A DNA stretch of 58,109 nucleotides from Actinomycetes bacterium (GTDB lineage Bacteria; Actinomycetota; Acidimicrobiia; Acidimicrobiales; Ilumatobacteraceae). Shown in pieces: positions 27,767 to 35,447 of this stretch. The notes beneath the pieces were generated by a model that worked only from the letters and a program-made list of their open reading frames with translations, ran no database searches and was not told the DNA's origin. The number at the start of each line of letters is the position of its first letter. Within the stretch, counting starts at the first letter, position 1. The stretch covers positions 1 through 58,109 of the forward strand of contig JBAXIP010000001.1 in assembly GCA_037138315.1 (NCBI GenBank). The letters run 5' to 3'. The position numbers and the translations under genes are program-made.

Positions 27767-27964
27767 TCAGAAACCTCCGGAGATGACCGGACGGATTTCA
27801 ATCACATCGTCTTTATCAAGTTCTTCATCACCAGGAACCAAGGTTCCGTTCCTGATCACTAAGTGTGATTCTCTCGGAAGACCCAATTCAACGAGTAAGG
27901 AATGCACGCGCCGACGACCTTCAATCTCAATTTCGCGGCGCGGGTTGCGCAAAATAACTTTCAT
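27767..27964 (-). CDS. ThiS/MoaD/TtuB-like ubiquitin-fold sulfur-carrier protein ending ...SGGF
   Basis: 65 aa. MKVILRN...VIRNGTLVPGDEELDKDDVIEIRPVISGG-F matches the ThiS family pattern (NG.lv......l.dgD.veI...v.GG), with one extra C-terminal Phe. Confidence 0.7.
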   Translation of the reverse strand: MKVILRNPRREIEIEGRRRVHSLLVELGLPRESHLVIRNGTLVPGDEELDKDDVIEIRPVISGGF

Positions 27965-27970
27965 GAACGA

Positions 27971-28189
27971 TCAACGATTCCGTCGTCGTGCTTTTGGCTC
28001 TAAGGCCGAAACCGAAACCGATTGTCCGGGTCGCAAGACTTCGGTTGAAACTACTTGCGGAGACCGCACCATCATTTTTCGGATGAGCTTAAAGCCCCAC
28101 ACAAAAAGGCCGACGATAAACCACGAACGGCGGCCGCCAAGAAGGCCTTCTTTGACACTGCGCGACCGCAGGTACGACATCAGTGCCAT
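27971..28189 (-). CDS. Small membrane protein, unknown function
   Basis: 72 aa with one hydrophobic helix (WFIVGLFVWGF) and a basic tail. It is tightly packed in the operon, with 6-nt and 9-nt gaps to its neighbours. Confidence 0.5.
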   Translation of the reverse strand: MALMSYLRSRSVKEGLLGGRRSWFIVGLFVWGFKLIRKMMVRSPQVVSTEVLRPGQSVSVSALEPKARRRNR

Positions 28190-28198
28190 GACGTTGCT

Positions 28199-28417
28199 TC
28201 AGACGCGCCGAATCTCGACAACTGTCGAACGACGCTTTCCACTTCGACGACCCATCAGATAAAAGGCCACAACTAAAACCATTCCGACTCCGCCAGCGAT
28301 AGCAAGCAGAGTTGAGCGTCGATCATCAACTTTGCCTTGCACGTCTCCTTGAAGCGTGCGCAACTTTGACTCGATGTCCTCACGGGAAATTCGCGATTCC
28401 TTCTTCGAATTGGCCAT
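28199..28417 (-). CDS. Small membrane-anchored protein, unknown function
   Basis: 72 aa with an N-terminal charged helix (SREDIESKLRTLQGDVQGKVDD) and a C-terminal TM segment (LLAIAGGVGMVLVVAFYLM). The start overlaps the upstream stop. Confidence 0.5.
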   Translation of the reverse strand: MANSKKESRISREDIESKLRTLQGDVQGKVDDRRSTLLAIAGGVGMVLVVAFYLMGRRSGKRRSTVVEIRRV

Positions 28418-28764
28418 CAGTTGGGTTCCTTTCCAAGAGTTGCCTTCTTAACTCGCGACAAAGCGACCCAAGCCAGTCCGAGACACAAGGCGAGAACGAT
28501 CACATACGGGACCCACGAGAACCCGCCATCAAAGGCGTGAAGTTCGGTTTGCAAAAGTCGCAGGATTCCGAGAAGAACTAAGACGAGACCGAGGCCAATA
28601 CACGTCGCCCCAGCCGATCCGAGTGCCAACCAACGACCAGCCCCCTTGAGAGGACCCAGAGTTTCTTGTTTGGCGTATTCCTTGACGAGGTCTATCACGT
28701 CGCCGACGCCTGCCGATTCACGACGAACCGACGATCGACTTGTCCGTGACGTCTCTTCAGTCAT
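28417..28764 (-). CDS. Two-TM membrane protein, possibly Actinobacterial Holin-X/Phage_holin_3_6-like (DUF1469)
   Basis: 115 aa with a charged N-terminus and two long hydrophobic segments (WLALGSAGATCIGLGLVLVLLGIL; VPYVIVLALCLGLAWVAL). The family assignment is by pattern memory only. Confidence 0.45.
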   Translation of the reverse strand: MTEETSRTSRSSVRRESAGVGDVIDLVKEYAKQETLGPLKGAGRWLALGSAGATCIGLGLVLVLLGILRLLQTELHAFDGGFSWVPYVIVLALCLGLAWVALSRVKKATLGKEPN

Positions 28765-28835
28765 GCCTAGTTTCTAGCACCATAACGGGCAAACCCCACC
28801 TTAACGCCCGTTTCTCGAGCGCCATTTCTCGGCCA

Positions 28836-29465
28836 TCACTCACCTTGTAGACGGAATCGGCAGGCAGCTTCAACATCGCTCAAGGCCAACTCCAACAATT
28901 CCAAGCGGCTTGCGGGATCTTCGCAAACCAATAAACGTTGACGATCGGCTGGGCCAATTGGAGCGAGAGCAACCAATTGAAAAGACGCAAAACTCGCATC
29001 GGTTGAGATTTCTATATCTGCCAAGCGAAGTAGCGGACCGCCCAATTTTTCAAACAATGAACTGACCTCTACGACCATGTCAAAAAGGCGACTTACTTCT
29101 GCAGATTCAATTCCGACAGACAAGTTGTCTGGCCAATCCTTGACCAAAGCAATGGGGTACGCAGCGTCGGGCAACCATTCATGAACGCGCAATCGCCGAA
29201 TACCGAGGGCAAGAACCACCCGCCGTCCATCAGCAGCCACCTGCGTCTCAATGATCCGCGCCACTGTTCCAGCCATCGAACGAATATCTCCTCCACCCAC
29301 CTCGTGACCGCGTTCGATGAGGACCACACCAAACTCGGGATCACTGTTCGCCAGAACATCAGACATCATCTGTTGATATCTCGGTTCGAAAATTTGCAGC
29401 GGCAACAAGGAACCCGGAATCAATGGAGTCCCCAATGGAAACATCGGTAAACGATAATCGTCCAC
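28836..29465 (-). CDS. Lon N-terminal (LON substrate-binding/PUA-like) domain protein, no ATPase or protease domain
   Basis: LPMFPLGTPLIPGSLLPLQIFEPRYQQMM matches the Lon N-domain signature; only 209 aa. Confidence 0.75.
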   Translation of the reverse strand: MDDYRLPMFPLGTPLIPGSLLPLQIFEPRYQQMMSDVLANSDPEFGVVLIERGHEVGGGDIRSMAGTVARIIETQVAADGRRVVLALGIRRLRVHEWLPDAAYPIALVKDWPDNLSVGIESAEVSRLFDMVVEVSSLFEKLGGPLLRLADIEISTDASFASFQLVALAPIGPADRQRLLVCEDPASRLELLELALSDVEAACRFRLQGE

Positions 29466-29479
29466 AGAATAAAGCTCTG

Positions 29480-30952
29480 TTACGAGCCGTTTGGCGTCGC
29501 AGGCAACGGCGCAACTGCTTCAGGAGATGGTCCTTGCGGATACGTACCGAGCGCTTGCGTCAACACGCCTTCCCAAAGTGGTTTAAAAACCTTGTCGTCG
29601 TCAACACCTGGAGATTCAAGTAACAACGCGAAACGAATCGTTGATCCACCTTCAACTGGCACAAAGCCAACCAGTGCTTTCACTCCACTGAGGCTTCCAG
29701 TCTTTCCAAAAAGTCGGCCTTGCAAAGTTGTCCCGACAAAAAACTTTGACAATGTTCCCGACGTTCCCGCAATCGCCAATTTGGAAACTAATGGATCAGT
29801 ATCTTTATAACGTTCAAGAACCGCCAAAAATGCTGCGCATGTCACCTTGTTGTCACCCGATAATCCCGAACCATCGCTCAACGCGACTCCTTCTAGAGGC
29901 ACGCCCCACGAACTCAATTTGGCCATCACGGCAGAATCGCCGGCCGCGCGCGTTCCGGCTCCGCTTAATTGAAAACCGATTTCTTTCAATAGCATTTCTG
30001 CAGTGTTGTTATCGCTGTTTTGCAACATCTCACCGATGATGTCAATGAGGGGCGCAGATTGGACTGCGGCAACCGTCGCCAAGCCCACCGGCGTTACTCC
30101 AGATGCCGGGGCACCTACAATCGTCACACCCCGTTCTTGCAACAAGCGATAAAACTCTTGAGCCGCACCCATCGCAGGATTAGTTGCTTTCATTGATGCA
30201 CCGAGTACCGCTCCATCATTGACCAACAAACCAGAAATAGGTCCGCCTTGAATCGCCCGAAATCCGATCGGCCACGAAGGTGGATATAACTCAGCGTCGT
30301 AGTGAGAGGCATCCCCAACAACGTTGCCAGTAATTTGAGTGACGCCAGCAGCAACAACTGAGTCAGCAAGCGCTTCAAGTGATGTCGCCGGTTGTTGTGA
30401 ATATTTGGACAACGTCAGATCATCGGGATACCACGACGAAGCCAACAACGGGTCTCCCCCGCCGACTAAATAAATTGATCCGACAACTCCGGCGTTAATC
30501 TCCGCTTTAACTTCGGTCGAATAGGTGAAGTCTGCACCCAATGAATCAAGCGCTGTTGCAGCAACCAAAAATTTCAAGGTGCTGGCCGGTGTCACCGGAG
30601 TATCAATTCCGTCTGACAACATCAAAACGCCATCGACAGAAACTGCAGCACACGAACCAGCAAGTACAGAGCCACCCAAAGGACGCAATGCCTGTTCAAA
30701 AGCAATTGACGAGGTTTCGCGAGCCAATACACCAGGTGTACGGCGAGCCGACAAAACCGGAGTTTGCGGAGTGTTCGCTGCTGTCGTCGCTACGAGGTCT
30801 AGAGCAGGTGGCTCACTGTGATCATGCGAATTTGCGAACTGCCACAGACCCCCAAGAATAATTGACGGCACGATAGCCAAGAAGATCAAACTGGCTACGG
30901 GATTATTCGATGGTCGCGAGCGTCTCGTGACGCGAGCCTGTGACTGCGTCAT
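29480..30952 (-). CDS. dacB: D-alanyl-D-alanine carboxypeptidase/endopeptidase (PBP4, S13 family)
   Basis: SxxK (PASTLK), SxN (NSDNNTAE) and KTG (GKTGSL) boxes. I chose ATG 30952 (MTQSQARVTRR plus a TM segment) to avoid overlap with the upstream gene. Confidence 0.85.
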   Translation of the reverse strand: MTQSQARVTRRSRPSNNPVASLIFLAIVPSIILGGLWQFANSHDHSEPPALDLVATTAANTPQTPVLSARRTPGVLARETSSIAFEQALRPLGGSVLAGSCAAVSVDGVLMLSDGIDTPVTPASTLKFLVAATALDSLGADFTYSTEVKAEINAGVVGSIYLVGGGDPLLASSWYPDDLTLSKYSQQPATSLEALADSVVAAGVTQITGNVVGDASHYDAELYPPSWPIGFRAIQGGPISGLLVNDGAVLGASMKATNPAMGAAQEFYRLLQERGVTIVGAPASGVTPVGLATVAAVQSAPLIDIIGEMLQNSDNNTAEMLLKEIGFQLSGAGTRAAGDSAVMAKLSSWGVPLEGVALSDGSGLSGDNKVTCAAFLAVLERYKDTDPLVSKLAIAGTSGTLSKFFVGTTLQGRLFGKTGSLSGVKALVGFVPVEGGSTIRFALLLESPGVDDDKVFKPLWEGVLTQALGTYPQGPSPEAVAPLPATPNGS

Positions 30953-30959
30953 CGTTTCA

Positions 30960-33125
30960 TCACTTTCCTCGGCGAGCATTAAACGCTGCAGCGCGATACA
31001 AATGACCAAGAGCTGTGACTGCACGATTCCCTGATGGGTAACACAGACGTCCGGTTGCACGAACCGTTGCTGGTCCTGGATTTTCGGGGTCGGCCACTGC
31101 CAATTCAGTCGCAGTTAAAATTGGTTTCCCAGTTCGCTTCGACAACTCGTCGGCCGCTTCTGCAAAACGCTGATCTTGACGTTCGTGGTACGCGACGATG
31201 CGATCAATGCCGTGATCAGGATAAAAACCGCCTTCGCGCAATAACCGTGCTTGGTTTGATTGAATTCCGATTCCGAGGTAAATCACCGCGTGCACATCTG
31301 GGTGCAAGGCAATCATCTCAAGGACCTCAGGAATAGTGTCACGCGTTTCGCCACCAGCACAGTCGACCGGATTGCCCTTACTCCATCGAGGTGGAAGCTT
31401 GGTATCAATCTGAGCCAACAAATCACCTGGAAGCTCCATTAACTTCAATTGACCGTCGCGGGTGATGGCATCTGAAGTCACCACTCCCCAACCTCCGGCT
31501 GTTGTCATGACGACAACGTTCGGACCTTTTGGTAACGGTTGAGTAGCAAATGTTGCTGCAGCTTCAAAAGCCTCTTCAACGGTTTCAGCACGAGTGATTC
31601 CGGCAGCTCGACAAAAGCCATCGAACACTTTGTCATTGGCTGCTAATGCACCCGTATGCGACGCAGCCGCCTGAGCGCCACCTTCGGTCGCCCCGCCTTT
31701 GACCAAAACCAAAGGTTTGCGTTGAGCAACCGATGCTAAACGGGTCATTAACGTACGCCCGTCAGCAATACCCTCAACGTAGGCAAGGCCCACTGCGGTC
31801 GCATCATCATCGGCGTAATAGTCCAAATAGTCGGCAACGGTTACGGCCGCTGCGTTACCAGCCGACACAGCACGACTGATTCCGACGCCAGATGAACGTG
31901 ACCAGTTCAAGAAACTTGAAACAAAGTTGCCGCTTTGACTCGCTACGCCAATCTTTCCCGCTGGCGGATACGGCGCAACGATTTGTGCACACAAGTTGGC
32001 GGGCGTACTCACTACACCTTGACCATTCGGTCCAGCTAACAAGATGCCAAGCTCATCGGCGAGAGCAATCAGTTCTTGTTCGGCTTTCTTTCCCTCTTCG
32101 CCGGCTTCTCCGTATCCAGCCGACGTGAGAAATGCCGCCTTGACTCCCTTGGCCGCACAGGCCCGCAGAAGTGCCGGGTTCGCGGATGCCGGCGTGCACA
32201 CGAAAACCAAATCAATAGCATCATTGGGAAGTTGCTCGATATCAGCCACCGTCTGAATACCTAAAACATTTTCACCTTGCAAATTGGTGCCGTAAACTCC
32301 GCCGGTGTAACCACCCGCCAAAATATTGTGCAGGGACACGAAGCCAAACTTTCCTGGATGAGTCGAGGCTCCAGTGACGACAACACCTTTTGGTTCAAAG
32401 AGTGCACCGAATTGCGCATCAGTTGGACGCTGGCGAGCAGTCGCTATTGACGTGTCAGGTTCGCCAATTTCGACGAGTGCATCAACGGCGATCGGAACCC
32501 CATCGGCTCGAACAATCAATGGATTGACGTCAATGCTTGCGATGTCAGATCGCTCACTCGCCAACTTGCCAAGACCGACCAAAACATCAACTAATTTTTC
32601 ACGATCAACGGCAGCTTCACCACGGAATTCACCGAGAAGTTTTTGCGTTGCCAAATCGGCGATCATCTCATGAGCAGTCACTCGATCAACTGGTGCCGGC
32701 CGAAACACAACGTCGGCAATTGCTTCAGCCAAAATTCCGCCAATGCCCAGCATGACGCTCGCTCCAAACTGCGGATCACGAACAACACCAGCAATCAATT
32801 CACGATTTCCTTGCACCATCGGAGCGATCAAAACAGTCACCGGTCCATCGTCAGGACGAGCCGCAGCGAGCAGATCGGTAGCCGCTTCATGCACTGCTTG
32901 AGCCGACGCCAATTTCAGTCGCACCAAACCTCGTTCGGTCTTGTGCGCAATAGCGTCACCACACAATTTGGCGACTACTGGAAAACCAATCTCGGAAGCA
33001 GCCTGGGCGGCAAGCTCGGCCGTCGCAACCTCACGCTCATCAGCCATCGGAACTCCGGCATCACGCAGCAAGGCCTTTGACGCCGATTCGGACAAGGTAC
33101 GCGAGTGATGTGCAGAACTAGCCAT
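30960..33125 (-). CDS. ADP-forming acyl-CoA (acetate--CoA) synthetase, fused and domain-permuted (ATP-grasp N-terminal)
   Basis: N-terminal ATP-grasp (SKALLRDAGVPM...GFPVVAKL), then CoA-binding (PKGVVVTGASTHPGKFG) and CoA-ligase (GVASQSGNF, ASHTGALA) domains. I chose ATG 33125 because the track start 33200 runs into the tRNA terminator T-tract. Confidence 0.8.
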   Translation of the reverse strand: MASSAHHSRTLSESASKALLRDAGVPMADEREVATAELAAQAASEIGFPVVAKLCGDAIAHKTERGLVRLKLASAQAVHEAATDLLAAARPDDGPVTVLIAPMVQGNRELIAGVVRDPQFGASVMLGIGGILAEAIADVVFRPAPVDRVTAHEMIADLATQKLLGEFRGEAAVDREKLVDVLVGLGKLASERSDIASIDVNPLIVRADGVPIAVDALVEIGEPDTSIATARQRPTDAQFGALFEPKGVVVTGASTHPGKFGFVSLHNILAGGYTGGVYGTNLQGENVLGIQTVADIEQLPNDAIDLVFVCTPASANPALLRACAAKGVKAAFLTSAGYGEAGEEGKKAEQELIALADELGILLAGPNGQGVVSTPANLCAQIVAPYPPAGKIGVASQSGNFVSSFLNWSRSSGVGISRAVSAGNAAAVTVADYLDYYADDDATAVGLAYVEGIADGRTLMTRLASVAQRKPLVLVKGGATEGGAQAAASHTGALAANDKVFDGFCRAAGITRAETVEEAFEAAATFATQPLPKGPNVVVMTTAGGWGVVTSDAITRDGQLKLMELPGDLLAQIDTKLPPRWSKGNPVDCAGGETRDTIPEVLEMIALHPDVHAVIYLGIGIQSNQARLLREGGFYPDHGIDRIVAYHERQDQRFAEAADELSKRTGKPILTATELAVADPENPGPATVRATGRLCYPSGNRAVTALGHLYRAAAFNARRGK

Positions 33126-33198
33126 GTCACAAAGGTAGTAGCCACAACCCTTGCGAGCAGGCTTTACACAGCTGACAATCGACTCGCGAAGAAGACTC

Positions 33199-33238
33199 AA
33201 AAAATAACACGGCAGGCTCCGTTACCGGAGCCTGCCGT
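33199..33238 (-). terminator. Rho-independent terminator downstream of tRNA-Pro
   Basis: Minus strand reads ACGGCAGGCTCCG-GTAA-CGGAGCCTGCCGT (13-bp GC-rich stem) followed by GTTATTTTTTGA. Confidence 0.85.
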
Positions 33239-33245
33239 CATTGTG

Positions 33246-33319
33246 TCGGGCTGACAGGATTTGAACCTGCGACCTCTTGACCCCCAGTCAAGCGCGCTAC
33301 CAAGCTGCGCCACAGCCCG
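33246..33319 (-). tRNA. tRNA-Pro (anticodon GGG)
   Basis: 74-nt cloverleaf folded by hand. Acceptor CGGGCTG/CAGCCCG, D-stem GCGC/GCGC, anticodon stem CTTGA/TCAAG with loop CTGGGGG (GGG, G37), T-arm GCAGG-TTCAAAT-CCTGT. CCA is not encoded. Confidence 0.9.
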
Positions 33320-33358
33320 AGTTATGTGCAAGCGAGCCTAGCGTCGCCATTGCGCAAA

Positions 33359-33793
33359 TCAGGAAAGCGGTTTACCTTGTCGATCCGGGACTTTTCGTAG
33401 GGCAATCAAAATGAAGTCGATGAATGCCCAAATACCGAACCCGCCAAGAGTGAACAATTTGGCGAGCCCAAGCCCGGTGTAACCCAAGTAAAAGCGATCA
33501 ACCCCAAAGACTCCCAAAAACCAGGCCAACAGCATTGCCGCGATGTAACTCTTCTCACTAAACACCCCTGGCACCGCCGAGGCCGGCGACCAATACGGCT
33601 CACCAACTACTTGCACCAACGACTCTGGCTTCACAACGCCTTGAATCGCCATGGCACTTAATCGCTCGTACGTGAACGCCTGTCCATGCATGCCGGGAAT
33701 CTGCACGTAGTACTGCGGGCCAATAATCAGATTGGGACCGTTCTGGGCAGGTTGATAGCCAGGTGCACCTGGCGGTGGCGGGATATTGCTCAT
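33359..33793 (-). CDS. TM2-domain membrane protein with N-terminal Pro-rich/GYF-like region
   Basis: C-terminal AWFLGVFGVDRFYLGYTGLGLAKLFTLGGFGIWAFIDFI matches the TM2 domain (GxxGxDRFYLG). Confidence 0.75.
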   Translation of the reverse strand: MSNIPPPPGAPGYQPAQNGPNLIIGPQYYVQIPGMHGQAFTYERLSAMAIQGVVKPESLVQVVGEPYWSPASAVPGVFSEKSYIAAMLLAWFLGVFGVDRFYLGYTGLGLAKLFTLGGFGIWAFIDFILIALRKVPDRQGKPLS

Positions 33794-33813
33794 CAGCCAA
33801 CACTAGACACAAC

Positions 33814-34086
33814 TCACATAAAAATCTGTACGACGCGCCATCCCAAATAGACACACAGGGCAACAACTAAGAGCTTGAAATGCCATGGGGCTTTGGCTTC
33901 ATCGTCGTCCGCAAGTCCATTGGCCAATCGACGCAAATTTATATTTTCTGCAGTCACTCTGCGATGAGTCGGAACCGTGCTGGAAATCTGTGGAGATTCA
34001 AGTACACGTTGACAGGTCGGACATGTTCCGTCTGTTGACATAGCGCTTGGCGCCCAATACTTCGCACAATCTTCGCAAAAAGGCAT
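33814..34086 (-). CDS. Zinc-ribbon protein with C-terminal TM anchor, unknown function
   Basis: 90 aa. CEDC...CPTC (two CxxC pairs) and a C-terminal helix LLVVALCVYLGWRVV. Confidence 0.5.
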   Translation of the reverse strand: MPFCEDCAKYWAPSAMSTDGTCPTCQRVLESPQISSTVPTHRRVTAENINLRRLANGLADDDEAKAPWHFKLLVVALCVYLGWRVVQIFM

Positions 34087-34091
34087 AGCAA

Positions 34092-35447
34092 TCAGTCGGC
34101 CCGCTTACGCACTCGCAACTTCAAAGGGGTTGAGCCAAAGTTAAAGGCTTCACGAATACTTCGCTCAAGGTAACGCAAGTAAGTATGTGGAAGTTCACGA
34201 TTGACGAATAACGTAAAGGTCGGCGGGTCGGTGGCTCCTTGTAATGCGTACATCACTCGTGCTCCACCACCGGCGGCTTGACGTTGCTGAGCATCGGCAA
34301 TCACTCGGTTCACATCACGTGTGGGGATTCGACGGTGATATTGCAAAATCGCTTCTTGCAAGACCGGGCGCAATTTATGCACACCCTTACCAGTCAGCGC
34401 CGACACCTTCAGAACTGGGGCATCATCAACGAAGTACAACTTGCGCTTAACTTCAAGATCGATGCGCTCGCGCTCTTCAGCGTCATCAATCAATTCCCAC
34501 TTATTCAACATGATCACAATCGGGCAGCCTGCAGCGTCAATTCGTTCAGCAAGTCGTTGATCTTGGGCCGTAATTCCTTGAGTTGCATCGATCACAAAGA
34601 GGGCGATATCGGATCCATCGACGGCGCGCAACGCACGCACCAGCGAGTAGTACTCAGCAGAATCATCGATGCGCGAACGGCGGCGCATACCAGCAGTATC
34701 AACGAACACAACTGGCCCGTCTTCGGTTTCTACCAAAGTGTCAATCGAGTCACGAGTCGTACCTGGCATGTCATGAACGACTGCTCGGTCTTCACCGACT
34801 AGACGATTGAACAGTGTGCTCTTACCAACATTTGGTCGACCCACAAGCGCAACTCTCGGGGGCTTTTGTTCACCCACAGGAACGATCTCTTGGTCGAGTC
34901 CATAGTTCGGAATATATTCCTCGCTCAATGGAGATGTCGGCATGCGGACGATGACTTCATCGAGCAGGTCGCCAGCGCGTCGACCATGCAATGCGCTCAC
35001 TGGATACGGGTCACCCAAACCGAGCGACAAGAAATCCCAACGATCAGCTTCACGACGATCATTGTCGGCCTTGTTCACAACCAACATCACACTTGCGGCC
35101 GACTTACGCAGCCAGCCCGCCATGAGTTCGTCATCATCAGTCGCGCCCACCGAACCATCAACAACAAAAATCACTAAATCGGCGTTACGAACAGCAGCTT
35201 CAACTTGACGGCTCACTTTGGCATCAAGTTCCGAACCGCCCGGCATCCAACCACCAGTATCGACAAGCATGAATCGATGGCCGAGCCAATTCGCTTCAAG
35301 TTCTTTTCGGTCGCGAGTGACGCCTGGACGGTCCTCAACAATTGCCGCTTGCTCACCAATGACCCGGTTAAAAAGGGTGCTCTTACCGACATTGGGACGA
35401 CCGACGATGACAGCTACTGGAAGTTGAATTTCTATTTCTTCACTCAT
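34092..35447 (-). CDS. der: Ribosome-biogenesis GTPase Der (EngA), tandem GTPase domains
   Basis: Two G1 motifs (GRPNVGKSTLFNR twice), DTGG/DTAG, NKAD/NKWE, and a C-terminal KH-like domain. Confidence 0.95.
   Translation of the reverse strand: MSEEIEIQLPVAVIVGRPNVGKSTLFNRVIGEQAAIVEDRPGVTRDRKELEANWLGHRFMLVDTGGWMPGGSELDAKVSRQVEAAVRNADLVIFVVDGSVGATDDDELMAGWLRKSAASVMLVVNKADNDRREADRWDFLSLGLGDPYPVSALHGRRAGDLLDEVIVRMPTSPLSEEYIPNYGLDQEIVPVGEQKPPRVALVGRPNVGKSTLFNRLVGEDRAVVHDMPGTTRDSIDTLVETEDGPVVFVDTAGMRRRSRIDDSAEYYSLVRALRAVDGSDIALFVIDATQGITAQDQRLAERIDAAGCPIVIMLNKWELIDDAEERERIDLEVKRKLYFVDDAPVLKVSALTGKGVHKLRPVLQEAILQYHRRIPTRDVNRVIADAQQRQAAGGGARVMYALQGATDPPTFTLFVNRELPHTYLRYLERSIREAFNFGSTPLKLRVRKRAD

Noticed and set aside
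33126-33200. N-terminal extension of the acyl-CoA synthetase ORF (track start 33200); likewise the extensions 2121..2240 (whiB), 7487..7597, 30953..31060, 40326..40484 and 54037..54159
   Set aside because: The extensions overlap a terminator, a promoter-like element or the neighbouring gene, and they add non-conserved-looking residues. Internal starts with better context were chosen instead.
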